From the IMG/VR virus record IMGVR_UViG_3300011560_000001, positions 32,001 to 96,000 of that record: a stretch of 64,000 nt of DNA; one strand, 5' to 3'. The notes under the pieces are model-generated. The model saw only the letters and a program-made list of their open reading frames with translations. It ran no database searches and was not told the DNA's origin. This document shows, in pieces, positions 37,653 to 47,796 of the stretch. The stretch's first letter is position 1, and each line of letters opens with the position of its first letter. The DNA comes from a virus. Its lineage: Duplodnaviria > Caudoviricetes. Both the position numbers and the translations under genes were made by a program.

Positions 37653-38402
37653 ATGAACGATGAATTAATTTTTGATGTGGTGTTTATTGAACATGATTAT
37701 CTAACGTTGCCTGAAGCGGTGCAAGCAGAATGCGTGAAGGTTAAACGTTGGTGGAACGGTTCGGAAGGAAGCATGATCGAAGGGATGGATGGTGAGGTTG
37801 GACGGTTCCGTCAGCGGGGTTGTTGCATCGCCCATCCGGTAGACTTATCTGTGGTGCAGTTGCGTGCGCATAAGAGCCAGCATCCGCAACGGATGAGCGC
37901 AAGCGGACTACGAGTACTTGCGTCGGGAGAGCAGCTTGGGGACGCATGGTTGTATCCTACCGCGGATGCTTTGCCACGGTCGATGGTGGACGCAGCGAAT
38001 CAGGTTGTTGGGACGGTGTATAGCGGTGAAGTGCACAACGTATCAGGAGCACTCGAAAATGACGTACGCGCACTTCCTGGTTGGATCAATCATACCATCG
38101 GAACGTATTACACCAAGCGGCTGGAACGGGTTGCCTTATTCGTTGGCGAGGGTTCCGATAAGCTTTATCAGCAAAGACTGATGGTGCTTAAACGTTACTA
38201 CCCTCGGGTTATCCATCCTTTCGGTTACGCCTGGGTTAGCGAAGCGCGCTACAATCCCCGCAAACAACGCCTGGAAGCGAAGGTACTTAACGAACGTTGG
38301 CTACCTGTCATGCATCCTAGAGTTAGCGTTGATATCGCGCAGAAGATGCTTGAGAAAAGCAAGCTGGTATGCTGGGATGTGACTATGTTGCGCCATCCCT
38401 AA
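37653..38402 (+). CDS. hypothetical early protein
   Basis: 249 aa, GAGG RBS, first gene after the early promoter. Confidence 0.7.
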   Translation: MNDELIFDVVFIEHDYLTLPEAVQAECVKVKRWWNGSEGSMIEGMDGEVGRFRQRGCCIAHPVDLSVVQLRAHKSQHPQRMSASGLRVLASGEQLGDAWLYPTADALPRSMVDAANQVVGTVYSGEVHNVSGALENDVRALPGWINHTIGTYYTKRLERVALFVGEGSDKLYQQRLMVLKRYYPRVIHPFGYAWVSEARYNPRKQRLEAKVLNERWLPVMHPRVSVDIAQKMLEKSKLVCWDVTMLRHP

Positions 38403-38425
38403 TACAACCAAGGAGAAACATTCGC

Positions 38426-38725
38426 ATGATACGTGCAACGGGATACGAAAACAAAGGGAAGAACAGCGTGCAGCGTTACGTTGCCGACGAGGAAGGGAAA
38501 GCAGAATACCTGGATTGGTTCGATCGCTACAGTGCAAGCAAGGTACGTGATCCTAGCATCCTACGGCTACAGAGCAGTTTTCAATGGCAGGCTTCCGAAC
38601 AACGCTGGTACATCACGTTGGAAATCGGAACGGTACGGGAAGACCAGCTTCCCGCATGCTTAAAAGAACAACGGGAGCAGATCAACACACTACTCGCACA
38701 ACACAAAACGGAACCTAAACCTTAA
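38426..38725 (+). CDS. hypothetical early protein
   Basis: AAGGAG RBS before ATG 38426. Confidence 0.7.
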   Translation: MIRATGYENKGKNSVQRYVADEEGKAEYLDWFDRYSASKVRDPSILRLQSSFQWQASEQRWYITLEIGTVREDQLPACLKEQREQINTLLAQHKTEPKP

Positions 38726-38765
38726 TCCAACACCAACAAGCGAAAAGGAAAATACAACAGAAATC

Positions 38766-39041
38766 ATGTTGATGAAACCGACAGCAAAGAACAAGGTTTA
38801 TAAAGCAATCTACGCGTCAGACACAGTCAGCCTGACGAAGATCATCAAATGCAAACTTGAGAAGGTGCTACGTGTTGAACCGAGCATAGGCTTAGTCCGT
38901 TATCGCCTGATTACCGAGAACGGTGAAGGGTATTACGCACCGTCGTCTCGAAGCGATAACGCCGTTATGTTAACCCGGGATGTGGTTGAAGCAATCAACA
39001 ACGGAACGAAGGCGTTCTACGCGCACAGAAAAGCCGTATAA
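38766..39041 (+). CDS. hypothetical basic early protein
   Basis: 91-aa ORF within the operon. Confidence 0.65.
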   Translation: MLMKPTAKNKVYKAIYASDTVSLTKIIKCKLEKVLRVEPSIGLVRYRLITENGEGYYAPSSRSDNAVMLTRDVVEAINNGTKAFYAHRKAV

Positions 39042-39118
39042 CGCAATAAACGAATCCAAAGAAGGGAAACTATACCTTAACTTAAAACGACGCTTAGAGA
39101 GCGTTACAGGAGCTTAGA

Positions 39119-39526
39119 ATGCAACATGATCAAACGAACACCACCGCAACGTCAATAGCCCTTGCCGATGCCGTCCAGGCGTGGAACGAGAACCCAGCCT
39201 GTCGAGCAAAGATGGAATTGGTGTACGAAGGATCAACCCGTGTCAGGACGGCTGATGACGTTCTGGTCGTACGAGGTGAATTCTTCGCCTTAGGTGTCAC
39301 GGACCGTGGTCCGTTAGATGCGCTTTGGATCGAGTTACAAACCTGCCCGCAGAGACCACGCTACGTGACCCGTGACCATCGTCCTGAGAACGCGTTAGTC
39401 GGAACCGGTTCCGTGGATATTTTCATCTGGCAGGATACCCTCGACAACATGAACAAGATCATCGATGTTGAGAACATCGTTGCAAATAAGTTAACCCAAC
39501 TTAAAGAACGTCTGATGCCGCTATAA
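39119..39526 (+). CDS. hypothetical early protein
   Basis: 135 aa, AGGAG RBS. Confidence 0.7.
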   Translation: MQHDQTNTTATSIALADAVQAWNENPACRAKMELVYEGSTRVRTADDVLVVRGEFFALGVTDRGPLDALWIELQTCPQRPRYVTRDHRPENALVGTGSVDIFIWQDTLDNMNKIIDVENIVANKLTQLKERLMPL

Positions 39527-39539
39527 CGCATCAACATCA

Positions 39540-39569
39540 CCCGCCTGTACCCCATCGGGTACAGGCGGG
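39540..39569. promoter_or_regulatory. perfect 13-bp intergenic hairpin
   Basis: CCCGCCTGTACCC-CATC-GGGTACAGGCGGG; a second small hairpin GGGGAC/GTCCCC follows. Confidence 0.6.
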
Positions 39570-39638
39570 GCAATAAGAAACCAAGGGGACATCGCCGTCC
39601 CCGTTACTATCATCAACCACTATCAAGAGGAACCTACC

Positions 39639-40082
39639 ATGGAAATTAAATTCTGTAAATCGATCGCGATTGTACCTGAACAACCTGCGGATGATCTCGA
39701 AAAGCTCGATCATCCCACACTGCAACATGCGCTGGAACGTTTAGCCTCTTTTGCGCCGTTAGAGAATCATCTTCACTGCGTTAATCTTGAAGCATCCGAC
39801 TTCGATGTGAAGCTTGGGTTCGTGTTTTCACAAACGGGGAAGGATGTGTTAGAAAACATATTCTGGTCTGCTGAGCATAAGGCGAGAAATGTGATGGCGA
39901 AGTTAGTTTATAACGTTAGCCTTAGTGAAGACGGCACCTATTGGACGTCAGAGGCTTGCTGGACGATTTCTGCGATTTCACGAATGGACAAAATACACTA
40001 TTTGCATCGTGTTGCTGATAGCATTGTACACCAACTGGATCGTTTTGATACCACCCGCTTATCGAATGGAACACAGTGTTAA
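39639..40082 (+). CDS. hypothetical early protein, tandem paralogue 1
   Basis: LGFVFSQTGKDVLE...EDGTY....CW. Confidence 0.75.
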   Translation: MEIKFCKSIAIVPEQPADDLEKLDHPTLQHALERLASFAPLENHLHCVNLEASDFDVKLGFVFSQTGKDVLENIFWSAEHKARNVMAKLVYNVSLSEDGTYWTSEACWTISAISRMDKIHYLHRVADSIVHQLDRFDTTRLSNGTQC

Positions 40083-40097
40083 TACGAGGAATCGAAC

Positions 40098-40523
40098 ATG
40101 AAAATTAAATGGCCTAAATCAGTCGCCGAAGAGTGTATCGGTGAGTATAGCTCATCGGTTACCGAGCATACGCGGTTACATCACACGTTATTGCTTTTAC
40201 GTGAAGACGCCAAACTCCGCAAACATATTCAACCGATATCAGCAACCTACTGTAAAACGTCATCGTACCTGTACTCTTCCCGGTTAACATTTGCTTGCAC
40301 TGCGTTAGGGAAAGTATTGCTAGAATCCGCATATCTTCGTAGTTGCGAGAACATGAAATTGACGGGTGGTATGGTACTCTCAATCGATGTGCTTTGTTTG
40401 GACGATGGAACACATAAACCCCAGCTTGTGTGGGAAGTATATGGATTGAACCCAGCCATGATTAAGACGAAGTTCGACTGGATTACTGACGGTCTTAATG
40501 AGATTCTGAAAGAAGGAATTTGA
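40098..40523 (+). CDS. hypothetical early protein, tandem paralogue 2
   Basis: LTFACTALGKVLLE...DDGTH...LVW. Confidence 0.75.
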   Translation: MKIKWPKSVAEECIGEYSSSVTEHTRLHHTLLLLREDAKLRKHIQPISATYCKTSSYLYSSRLTFACTALGKVLLESAYLRSCENMKLTGGMVLSIDVLCLDDGTHKPQLVWEVYGLNPAMIKTKFDWITDGLNEILKEGI

Positions 40524-40524
40524 T

Positions 40525-40887
40525 ATGCAACAACGTATCGGTTTATCGTTAGCTATTGACCGACTGATCAAAGTCTCATCGTTGCGAAGTGAATTTGTTG
40601 GCGTCCGTGAAGAAGCTGCGAATAATCGCTTTATTTTAACGTTTACGTGTACCAAGAAAGGCGTGACGGTTATCCGTGATGTTTGGAGTGCTGTGAACAA
40701 ACGCGAGGCCCGTTGTTCTACATCTGTCGTTGATTACAAAAACCTGGATAATACGTACACTATCCGTTTAGAATGGGAGCATCGCCTCAGGACATTTGTT
40801 GAAGTTCGGTCGAAGCTGTTAGCTGAATTGTTGAACGAAGCCTGTCTACGTGACGAGAACGCTACAGAACTCTTCAGAACGCTTTAA
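40525..40887 (+). CDS. hypothetical early protein, tandem paralogue 3
   Basis: LTFTCTKKGVTVIR...LDNTY...LEW. Confidence 0.75.
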   Translation: MQQRIGLSLAIDRLIKVSSLRSEFVGVREEAANNRFILTFTCTKKGVTVIRDVWSAVNKREARCSTSVVDYKNLDNTYTIRLEWEHRLRTFVEVRSKLLAELLNEACLRDENATELFRTL

Positions 40888-40992
40888 TTCAATCTTAGAT
40901 AAGGAAACCCCTTAGAAATTAAAACAAACTGTTATACGTCGTTCTGTGACGTTTAAGCTATACATTGAACTCATTGTAATCGAGGAAAGAAA

Positions 40993-41382
40993 ATGTTAAA
41001 TTCAACTTTTACCCACTATCTCCACACCTATGCAAAATTATGCTGTGTTGATATGGAAGAGCTGGCGAACGATAATAGTGTTCGCGATTGTGAGATGCTC
41101 CCTAAGCGACAAGGTTTTCTACCTGGTTCGCGGTCAGCGGCGTTCTTCTTAATCGCTTACTTCATCGTTAGTCATAGTGCGGCGCTGTTGAGCCAAACCA
41201 AGAAACAGCGAAAGGATTACGCTACCGCAATCACTCAAGTCTATTTCGATCGTCTTCACGGACGTGCGGTGAGTATCGATACCGCGTTAACGACCGCGTT
41301 TCGTCATCGAGGCGCAACCGCTGTACAGATACCCGCTTTGGTTAAGATCGGAAAAGAAATCATCCAGAATGCAACGCGTTAA
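40993..41382 (+). CDS. hypothetical protein
   Basis: 129 aa, GAGG RBS. Confidence 0.7.
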   Translation: MLNSTFTHYLHTYAKLCCVDMEELANDNSVRDCEMLPKRQGFLPGSRSAAFFLIAYFIVSHSAALLSQTKKQRKDYATAITQVYFDRLHGRAVSIDTALTTAFRHRGATAVQIPALVKIGKEIIQNATR

Positions 41383-41397
41383 TAAATAAACTATAAT

Positions 41398-41432
41398 CCT
41401 CCTTCCCCGGCCTTGACGGCTAGGGAAGGAGG
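41398..41432. terminator. repeated hairpin element copy 8 (convergent junction)
   Basis: CCTCCTTCCC-CG-GCC-TTGAC-GGC-TA-GGGAAGGAGG. Confidence 0.7.
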
Positions 41433-41461
41433 TTGTATTGCATTTCTTTTTTTTCTTCTGT

Positions 41462-42550
41462 TTATTGGAACGGGTCTGTACGACCGCTACCACGATCTAC
41501 ACCACCGTGATCGTGGGTGTATACGTTTGTTCCGGTTGGTGAACGCCAAGAGCCTGCGATGTGTACGAAGTTCCCATTCAACGTCATCGTGTTTCCGTCT
41601 TCACCTGTGAAGCTTACAGCTCCAGTGAATACCGTATTCGGACATTTAAACGTGGTCTGTCCTGATACTTGCGCGGTGTAGCGATCACACTTCAAAGAAA
41701 CATTCTGACTCGTAACGCTTTCTGTTTTGCTGGTACGTTCAAAGTTCTCACATTCGGTATAAATGTTTTTTGCTTTCATTCGGATATCGTTCTTAGCGAT
41801 TGCTTTGAGCGTATCCTCGCACTGGAATGTGATGTTCTTTTTTGTCACGTCGATAATGCTGTCGTCCTGGTTTTGGTATCGCAGCATATGCTCGACAAAA
41901 TGGAGCAATAGTAGGTTTTGATGGACGCTGTCCGCAACCTGTAAGTAACCCTCGTCCAGATTAAGTTCCATGTAGACTTGGGTAACTTCACCAAGCTGTG
42001 CGCTTGTACCGATAACCGCTTTCTTAAGAAAGGTATCAACCATTAGGTAATAGCAGTCTTCCGTTGAAATCGATTTACGGTCCTTCTTAGCGCTAGGACG
42101 TGCGCTGACGGTGAGGATAACCGATTCCATGGTCATCAGCTCACTATCCCCTCCTTTGGGCTGCCAATAGAGTTGTTCTTCATCAGCAGTACGCCAGACC
42201 ACCACACGCTGACCTTTCCTCAAGTTAGGTGCCGTCATCCGGTTGCTACCAAAGGGTAACCAGTAACACTGTACGCTGGTTGTTGTTGCCGCTTTTGCCG
42301 TATAGCTGTTCCCTTGAGCGTCTGTTGCACTAACTTCTTTAACGCTTCCCGCCGCTTCAACTTTCCCATCAGCGCCTGACATCATCTCATCAAGAAAGAC
42401 CTCCAGCGCCTGGTTAGGATCTTCCTCCAGACTTTTATTGGAAAAGTCGGCCGCAACGGTACCCAAGGCAAAGATACGAAAAACGCTTACGTTGCTGTCT
42501 GGAGCTAACTGACTCCCTTTTGTGTGATTGTCTGTTGCCAGGTCGCTCAT
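41462..42550 (-). CDS. baseplate central spike (gpV/gp138-like; phiKZ gp164-like)
   Basis: N-terminal OB-like W.P..SNRMTAPNLRKGQRV, beta-helical middle, C-terminal THDHGGVDRG..RTDP metal-binding tip. Confidence 0.8.
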   Translation of the reverse strand: MSDLATDNHTKGSQLAPDSNVSVFRIFALGTVAADFSNKSLEEDPNQALEVFLDEMMSGADGKVEAAGSVKEVSATDAQGNSYTAKAATTTSVQCYWLPFGSNRMTAPNLRKGQRVVVWRTADEEQLYWQPKGGDSELMTMESVILTVSARPSAKKDRKSISTEDCYYLMVDTFLKKAVIGTSAQLGEVTQVYMELNLDEGYLQVADSVHQNLLLLHFVEHMLRYQNQDDSIIDVTKKNITFQCEDTLKAIAKNDIRMKAKNIYTECENFERTSKTESVTSQNVSLKCDRYTAQVSGQTTFKCPNTVFTGAVSFTGEDGNTMTLNGNFVHIAGSWRSPTGTNVYTHDHGGVDRGSGRTDPFQ

Positions 42551-42664
42551 GCTGTAATCTCCTACTGATTTAAATAACGATATAGAAAATAACGCTGAAG
42601 TATGGCTTCAGCTTCGCATTCTGAACCCGTGGTTCAGAAGGTATCGAAGAAGGATTATCATAGC

Positions 42665-45121
42665 ATGCGATGTACCTATCTCCACTTACGTGGATTCAAT
42701 CGTTTTGATACCGGGATGATTCGGGAGCTGGTCATCCGGCCAGATAATCCCGTACAACTCATTTTAGGCAGTAACGGTTCGGGTAAGAGTAGTCTACTGC
42801 CTTTGCTGTATCCAACCGTTCCCGAGCGCGCCGATTTTGATAAAGATGGGTATTACGAGTACCGCTGCGAACACCGTAATAAGCAATACCGTCTTATCAG
42901 TCGTTTAGAAAAAGGGTTTAAGCATGAGTTCTACGTTAACGACAGTGAGAACCTGAACGGTGGTGGTACACAACCAGCCCAGTGGAAACTGATCGAAGAA
43001 CATTTCGAACTTAATGACGACACCATTCGTTTGTTGTTAGGTTACGAAACAGCTTACCAGTTCACCGAAATGGGACCGATGAAACGACGCGAACGATTAA
43101 CACAGATATGTCCGGTTAACGTCGATTATGCGCTTGAGTTGTTTCAGGTGGTTAAGCAACAAGTACGTTCACTGAAAGCGGTGAATGAGCATACACTGAA
43201 TAAGTTGGTTGAAACGTCACAGCGAATTGAAGCGAAATACACTGGAACCGACCACCAGGGATTGGAAGCAGAGTTAAAGCAGCAACGCTCAGCGCTCGAA
43301 GCGATGATGGGATTGCCGTTATTCGATAGTGATGTCGATCAACGACAGCTTCTGGAATCCGCACAACGTGCCCATCATTTTAATCGCGAGCTTCTTCGTG
43401 CGGTTGTTCGTTACCAAGGAGGAACATCGCAACAAGAACAGCGGAATCTGGCTGAACTAAGAGAGCAACTCGCGAATGCGAATGCGAAACTCGAAAGTCA
43501 GGTTGACGAGCTGTTGGGTATCGATAATATCCTTGACCAGTTGAAACAGTCTGGAGAAGGCGATATCGATCAGATTAAAGCCCGTCTTGCCTGTTTGGAC
43601 GAACAACTTCAGCACGATCATCCAGGTGAGCTTTTAACGATGAATCTGGACGCTGCGGTTTGTTTACAACAGCTCACGCAAGTTCAGGCTCCGTTAACAG
43701 AACTGTTGCAAGAATGGATTGATACCGACAACACCTATCATGTTTACGATGCTGAAGCTTACATCAAGGAGGAAGAGGCGGCACGAATGCGTTTGCGTAA
43801 CGCGAAACATGCGTTAGCTGACTTGGAAGCGCATCTTGACCACCTTAACCATCAACCCCAGACCAGCTGTCCAAAATGCAATTATCGCTTTCATGTTGGT
43901 GAGACAGAAAAGACCAGCAAAGCGAGCATTGAACAACGTATTCAGAAGGGTCGCGCTTGGGTTGAAGAACAGGAGAAATCGTTATCCGAACTTAATGAGA
44001 AGGTGCAGCGTTATACGCTTTGGATGGAACAGCATCGTCAGTTAACGCGTTGGACGAAAGATTATTACGCTATTAAACCCATGTGGGATAATCTGCTGGA
44101 AGAAGGCCGCAAAAACGGTTTAGGATTCCGCAGTATTGGCATCATTAACGACTGGTTGCTTGCATTCGAGAAACTCGCGCGTTATACACATGCCGAGCAA
44201 GAACGTAAACATCTTCAAGATATGCTCGAACGCGTACAAGCGGTGGATGTTGAACCATTACAGCAACGTCGAGAACTGCTTTATAAGAACAGGACAGAGT
44301 TGTTAACAACCGTTGAACGGTTAACACAAGCCATCACGGCTACGGAAGGTAGATTGGAAACCATTACGGCGATTATGGAAGATCAGGTACGTTCTGATAG
44401 TAGCGATAAAGCGTTAACGCAACTGTGGTTAGAGTATCTACAGCATCTTTACACGAAATCACTACGTGCTGCGATGTCTGATACTGTTCGCCGAATAAGT
44501 CATGTTGAACAGCAGTTACAGGAAGCTAAAACCGACCAGCAGCTTCTGGCTCAGTTGGAAATAACGCAAAAAGAGGTGGAAGAACAGCTCAGTTACGCAC
44601 AACTTGTTTTGGATGAGTTGAGTCCATCCAACGGATTGATTGCCGAAACAATTGCTGGCCCAATCAACGCATTCGTTGAATACATGAACGGTATCATTGC
44701 GAGTATTTGGGAATACCAACTTCAGATACTCCCGTGTGCTATCGACGCGCAAGGATTGAACTATCGTTTTCCGCTTTTAACTGAGAAGTATCCGACACCG
44801 CGAAAAGATATTGTTTATGGGAGTAAGGGACAAAAGGAAATTATCAATATCGCGTTTATCATCGCGATGATGCATTACAAAGGGTTTACGGATTATCCGT
44901 TGATGTTAGATGAATTCGCATCAACATTTGATCCTCAGCACCAATCTAATGCCATGGATTTTGTTCGTCGTTTAGTCGATGGTCACCGTGTAAGCCAAGT
45001 GTGGTTCATCAGCCACTATGTTATCAATCACGCATCATTCCGTAAAGCCGAGTGTATGGTTCTCGACAAAACGAACATCATTCTCCCCGAAACGTATAAC
45101 GAACATGTCACGATTATTTAA
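42665..45121 (+). CDS. sbcC: SbcC/Rad50-like SMC ATPase (phiKZ gp165-like)
   Basis: Walker A GSNGSGKSS, coiled coils, CPKC hook, signature GSKGQ, Walker B LMLDE, ISH. Confidence 0.9.
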   Translation: MRCTYLHLRGFNRFDTGMIRELVIRPDNPVQLILGSNGSGKSSLLPLLYPTVPERADFDKDGYYEYRCEHRNKQYRLISRLEKGFKHEFYVNDSENLNGGGTQPAQWKLIEEHFELNDDTIRLLLGYETAYQFTEMGPMKRRERLTQICPVNVDYALELFQVVKQQVRSLKAVNEHTLNKLVETSQRIEAKYTGTDHQGLEAELKQQRSALEAMMGLPLFDSDVDQRQLLESAQRAHHFNRELLRAVVRYQGGTSQQEQRNLAELREQLANANAKLESQVDELLGIDNILDQLKQSGEGDIDQIKARLACLDEQLQHDHPGELLTMNLDAAVCLQQLTQVQAPLTELLQEWIDTDNTYHVYDAEAYIKEEEAARMRLRNAKHALADLEAHLDHLNHQPQTSCPKCNYRFHVGETEKTSKASIEQRIQKGRAWVEEQEKSLSELNEKVQRYTLWMEQHRQLTRWTKDYYAIKPMWDNLLEEGRKNGLGFRSIGIINDWLLAFEKLARYTHAEQERKHLQDMLERVQAVDVEPLQQRRELLYKNRTELLTTVERLTQAITATEGRLETITAIMEDQVRSDSSDKALTQLWLEYLQHLYTKSLRAAMSDTVRRISHVEQQLQEAKTDQQLLAQLEITQKEVEEQLSYAQLVLDELSPSNGLIAETIAGPINAFVEYMNGIIASIWEYQLQILPCAIDAQGLNYRFPLLTEKYPTPRKDIVYGSKGQKEIINIAFIIAMMHYKGFTDYPLMLDEFASTFDPQHQSNAMDFVRRLVDGHRVSQVWFISHYVINHASFRKAECMVLDKTNIILPETYNEHVTII

Positions 45122-45142
45122 GATAAATAAGGATTTCTGTTG

Positions 45143-45955
45143 ATGAAAAAGCCCATGAAGAAGCTAGGCCACGCACGCAAGCATCGCTATTCCGATCTGG
45201 AGAAAATGTTTTTAACCCAACAGCCGTTTCTCCAGACATACTTTAACGGGATGGCAAAGAAGTTAGCCGATGAGTACCAGGAGCGTGGTACACCAGCACG
45301 AATTACAATCACCGTAATTCCGACGTTCGCTGAAAAGATCTATAACGTCATGACGGAGATTATTCCCGAAGACGCAAAATCCCAGGATGAAGTTCTGCGA
45401 TTAACACGTTACATCCGTTTTAAAGAACATCTGGACGCACAAGCGACCATCATTCTGGAAAACGATAAACCCGAACCCAACGTTGAGCTTATTGCTTCCC
45501 TCCTTCCTGACCGCCTATTACACGATTTTGTTACCGTGAAACGTATCGACGAACAAGGAAAAGAAGTTGAGGTTCAACTACGCCAAGAAACCGTGGTCGC
45601 TTTGGATTGGATTGAAGACCGTTGTAAAGCGCTGAGCAAGCTTCTGGATGATGAAGGGACGAATGCTCGTGTTGCCATCGATTTCGGTCATGAACCGGAT
45701 GACGCGGTAACCATGATGCGCGTGCTGTACGATCCCAAGGTTAATGATCATGCGATCATCGTTAAGCGCGAAGGCGTTAAAGGCGAAGTTACCCTGGTTA
45801 AAGACCTGGGTCCCATTCATGCGGTGGGTTTAACCGAGGACCAAACGCCGTTTGAAAAGCTTTCGGTGTATGAGCAAGCCGAAGTTGAACGCTTCCTGGA
45901 AGGTGTTGTTGCGAAAACCTTCCCATGGTCGGTGGAGGCTGTTGTAACGCCATGA
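45143..45955 (+). CDS. hypothetical protein
   Basis: 270 aa, AAGGA RBS. Confidence 0.75.
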   Translation: MKKPMKKLGHARKHRYSDLEKMFLTQQPFLQTYFNGMAKKLADEYQERGTPARITITVIPTFAEKIYNVMTEIIPEDAKSQDEVLRLTRYIRFKEHLDAQATIILENDKPEPNVELIASLLPDRLLHDFVTVKRIDEQGKEVEVQLRQETVVALDWIEDRCKALSKLLDDEGTNARVAIDFGHEPDDAVTMMRVLYDPKVNDHAIIVKREGVKGEVTLVKDLGPIHAVGLTEDQTPFEKLSVYEQAEVERFLEGVVAKTFPWSVEAVVTP

Positions 45956-46566
45956 TTCCACCAGAATACGCTTACGATATTCTGGCAATCGACCCCGGCA
46001 CCGATACGCTCGGTGCGTCGTTACTGCGTTTGGACGTGCGTGTCGAAGATATCGAACTGCTGTATGCGGGGACATGGCACGCCTCACGCCGATATGATCC
46101 TGATGGCGATATTGCTCTTGGATACGGTAACCGTGCCGCACGTATCCAAGAACACCGTCGTTCGCTGACGTCGTTATTGCAAGAGTACCAACCGCAAGCG
46201 GTCGCTTGTGAAACACCGTTTATCGGTCGTTTCAAGCAAAGCGGTATGGCGCTCAGCGAGCTGTTTTCAGCGATTCAGACAACGGTTATCGATTTTGACC
46301 CTACGGTGTCTTTCTTAGGGGTTGATAACCGAAGCGCAAAACGCGCCGTTGGGATCATGACGTCCCGTGTTGGTAAGGACGATGTTCGCCAGAAAGTGTT
46401 GAACCTCATGAACATCACACCCAGAAACGGTGTTGTGTTAGCGAATCTTGATGAGCATGCGATAGACAGTATCGCCGTAGGTTATTTCGCAGCTGAACTC
46501 CTGTTCGAAGAATGGCGTATTCTTGATGACCATCGAAATGGGAAGGTCGGTACAAAACGCCGTTAG
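45952..46566 (+). CDS. ruvC: RuvC-like Holliday junction resolvase
   Basis: ILAIDPGT..LG, VACETPF, AKRAVG...KDDV, DEHAIDSIAVG; ATGA overlap start. Confidence 0.85.
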   Translation: MIPPEYAYDILAIDPGTDTLGASLLRLDVRVEDIELLYAGTWHASRRYDPDGDIALGYGNRAARIQEHRRSLTSLLQEYQPQAVACETPFIGRFKQSGMALSELFSAIQTTVIDFDPTVSFLGVDNRSAKRAVGIMTSRVGKDDVRQKVLNLMNITPRNGVVLANLDEHAIDSIAVGYFAAELLFEEWRILDDHRNGKVGTKRR

Positions 46567-46598
46567 CAGCATGTACAAAACCCAAGAAGGAAAACGTT

Positions 46599-47780
46599 AT
46601 GAATACTGTTGAATGGGGCCTAGTTGATCAATGCCCTCAAGTCCCGGTTATCTGTGGTACAGAGAAATACGGCGAAGATCGTTTTATCGTACCGTTGGTC
46701 AGTACGACGACAAAATATCCGGTTAGTGAAGATGCATTAACCGGTCTGTTGGCACATCTTAACGACGGTAAGGTGCCCGTCATTAGCAGTAAAATCGTAG
46801 CGGTGCTCGATGGCGCTGAAGTGTGCTTCCCGATTCGTGACGTGAATGATATCGTCGGTCGCGTTCTAACGGGATGGTTGGAAGACGATGGTGTGGTAAA
46901 AGCCTTGATTCATATTGACCGCGATACTCCTAATGCGGAACGTGTGAGACAAGCATTGAATTCGGATGCTACACGTTTGCAGATCACTGTCATGGACGTT
47001 GGTGCTGAAAACAAGTATATAGTTGAATACTTCGTTCCCGTGGTATCCATCGAACCTTTTGACCGCATTGCTGAGCAACCTGAACCTACCGCAGATAAAA
47101 TAGTGACGCCAGCGGTAATGCGAAGTATCACTGCAGACAACTCGGTATTGAACAATGAATCTATCATCCTACGTGGTATTGTTCCTACTGGATACAACGG
47201 TGAAGCATTATTAGTCAGAATTCCGGAACTTAATAACCGTCGTGTGTTTATTGGATGTGTTGGGTATGAAGTTCTGTACTTCGACGCCGAAGGTCGTGCT
47301 GTGATTGCGACAAAATCAAAGTTATTTAACCAGCATAAAGCGCAAGCGTCCGCAACCCAACCGTACCGGCTGGTGTATTCCGAATATAAAGTAACGATCT
47401 GGTTCGTGAACGGCAACGATACCCTTAATAGTGCTTTTCCAGAGAAAACATTTAAACCGGTGACGTTAATAGAAATGTTCGGCGGTGAGGTATGCTTAGC
47501 TAATTGCGCTAACGGTCAGTTCTGTCTACCCTCCTGTTGCGGGTTCAAGACGGATGACACCGTTACCGTAAACGATACGCGTGTACATTTAGTAAGAATT
47601 GATGTTAGCTCTGGTTTTGCGGTATTTGAAGCTTTCGGTGAGATTCTTGAAAATCTTAAAGAGGCTTGTAAGATCTCAGAACCATTCGGTGATGAACGCA
47701 GCCTTATCATCGTTAAACGTACCGATGTCGATCGGGTCGAGATTACAGTATCGCAGCCGATAACGGCGAAAACGAAGTAG
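46599..47780 (+). CDS. hypothetical protein
   Basis: 393 aa, AAGGA RBS. Confidence 0.75.
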   Translation: MNTVEWGLVDQCPQVPVICGTEKYGEDRFIVPLVSTTTKYPVSEDALTGLLAHLNDGKVPVISSKIVAVLDGAEVCFPIRDVNDIVGRVLTGWLEDDGVVKALIHIDRDTPNAERVRQALNSDATRLQITVMDVGAENKYIVEYFVPVVSIEPFDRIAEQPEPTADKIVTPAVMRSITADNSVLNNESIILRGIVPTGYNGEALLVRIPELNNRRVFIGCVGYEVLYFDAEGRAVIATKSKLFNQHKAQASATQPYRLVYSEYKVTIWFVNGNDTLNSAFPEKTFKPVTLIEMFGGEVCLANCANGQFCLPSCCGFKTDDTVTVNDTRVHLVRIDVSSGFAVFEAFGEILENLKEACKISEPFGDERSLIIVKRTDVDRVEITVSQPITAKTK

Positions 47781-47796
47781 TTAATTGGAGCGGGGA

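Noticed and set aside
34234-40955. Loose intergenic motif resembling AACG....AGAACG near 34235, 35015, 39085 and 40936
   Set aside because: Too degenerate to support without a motif-enrichment test
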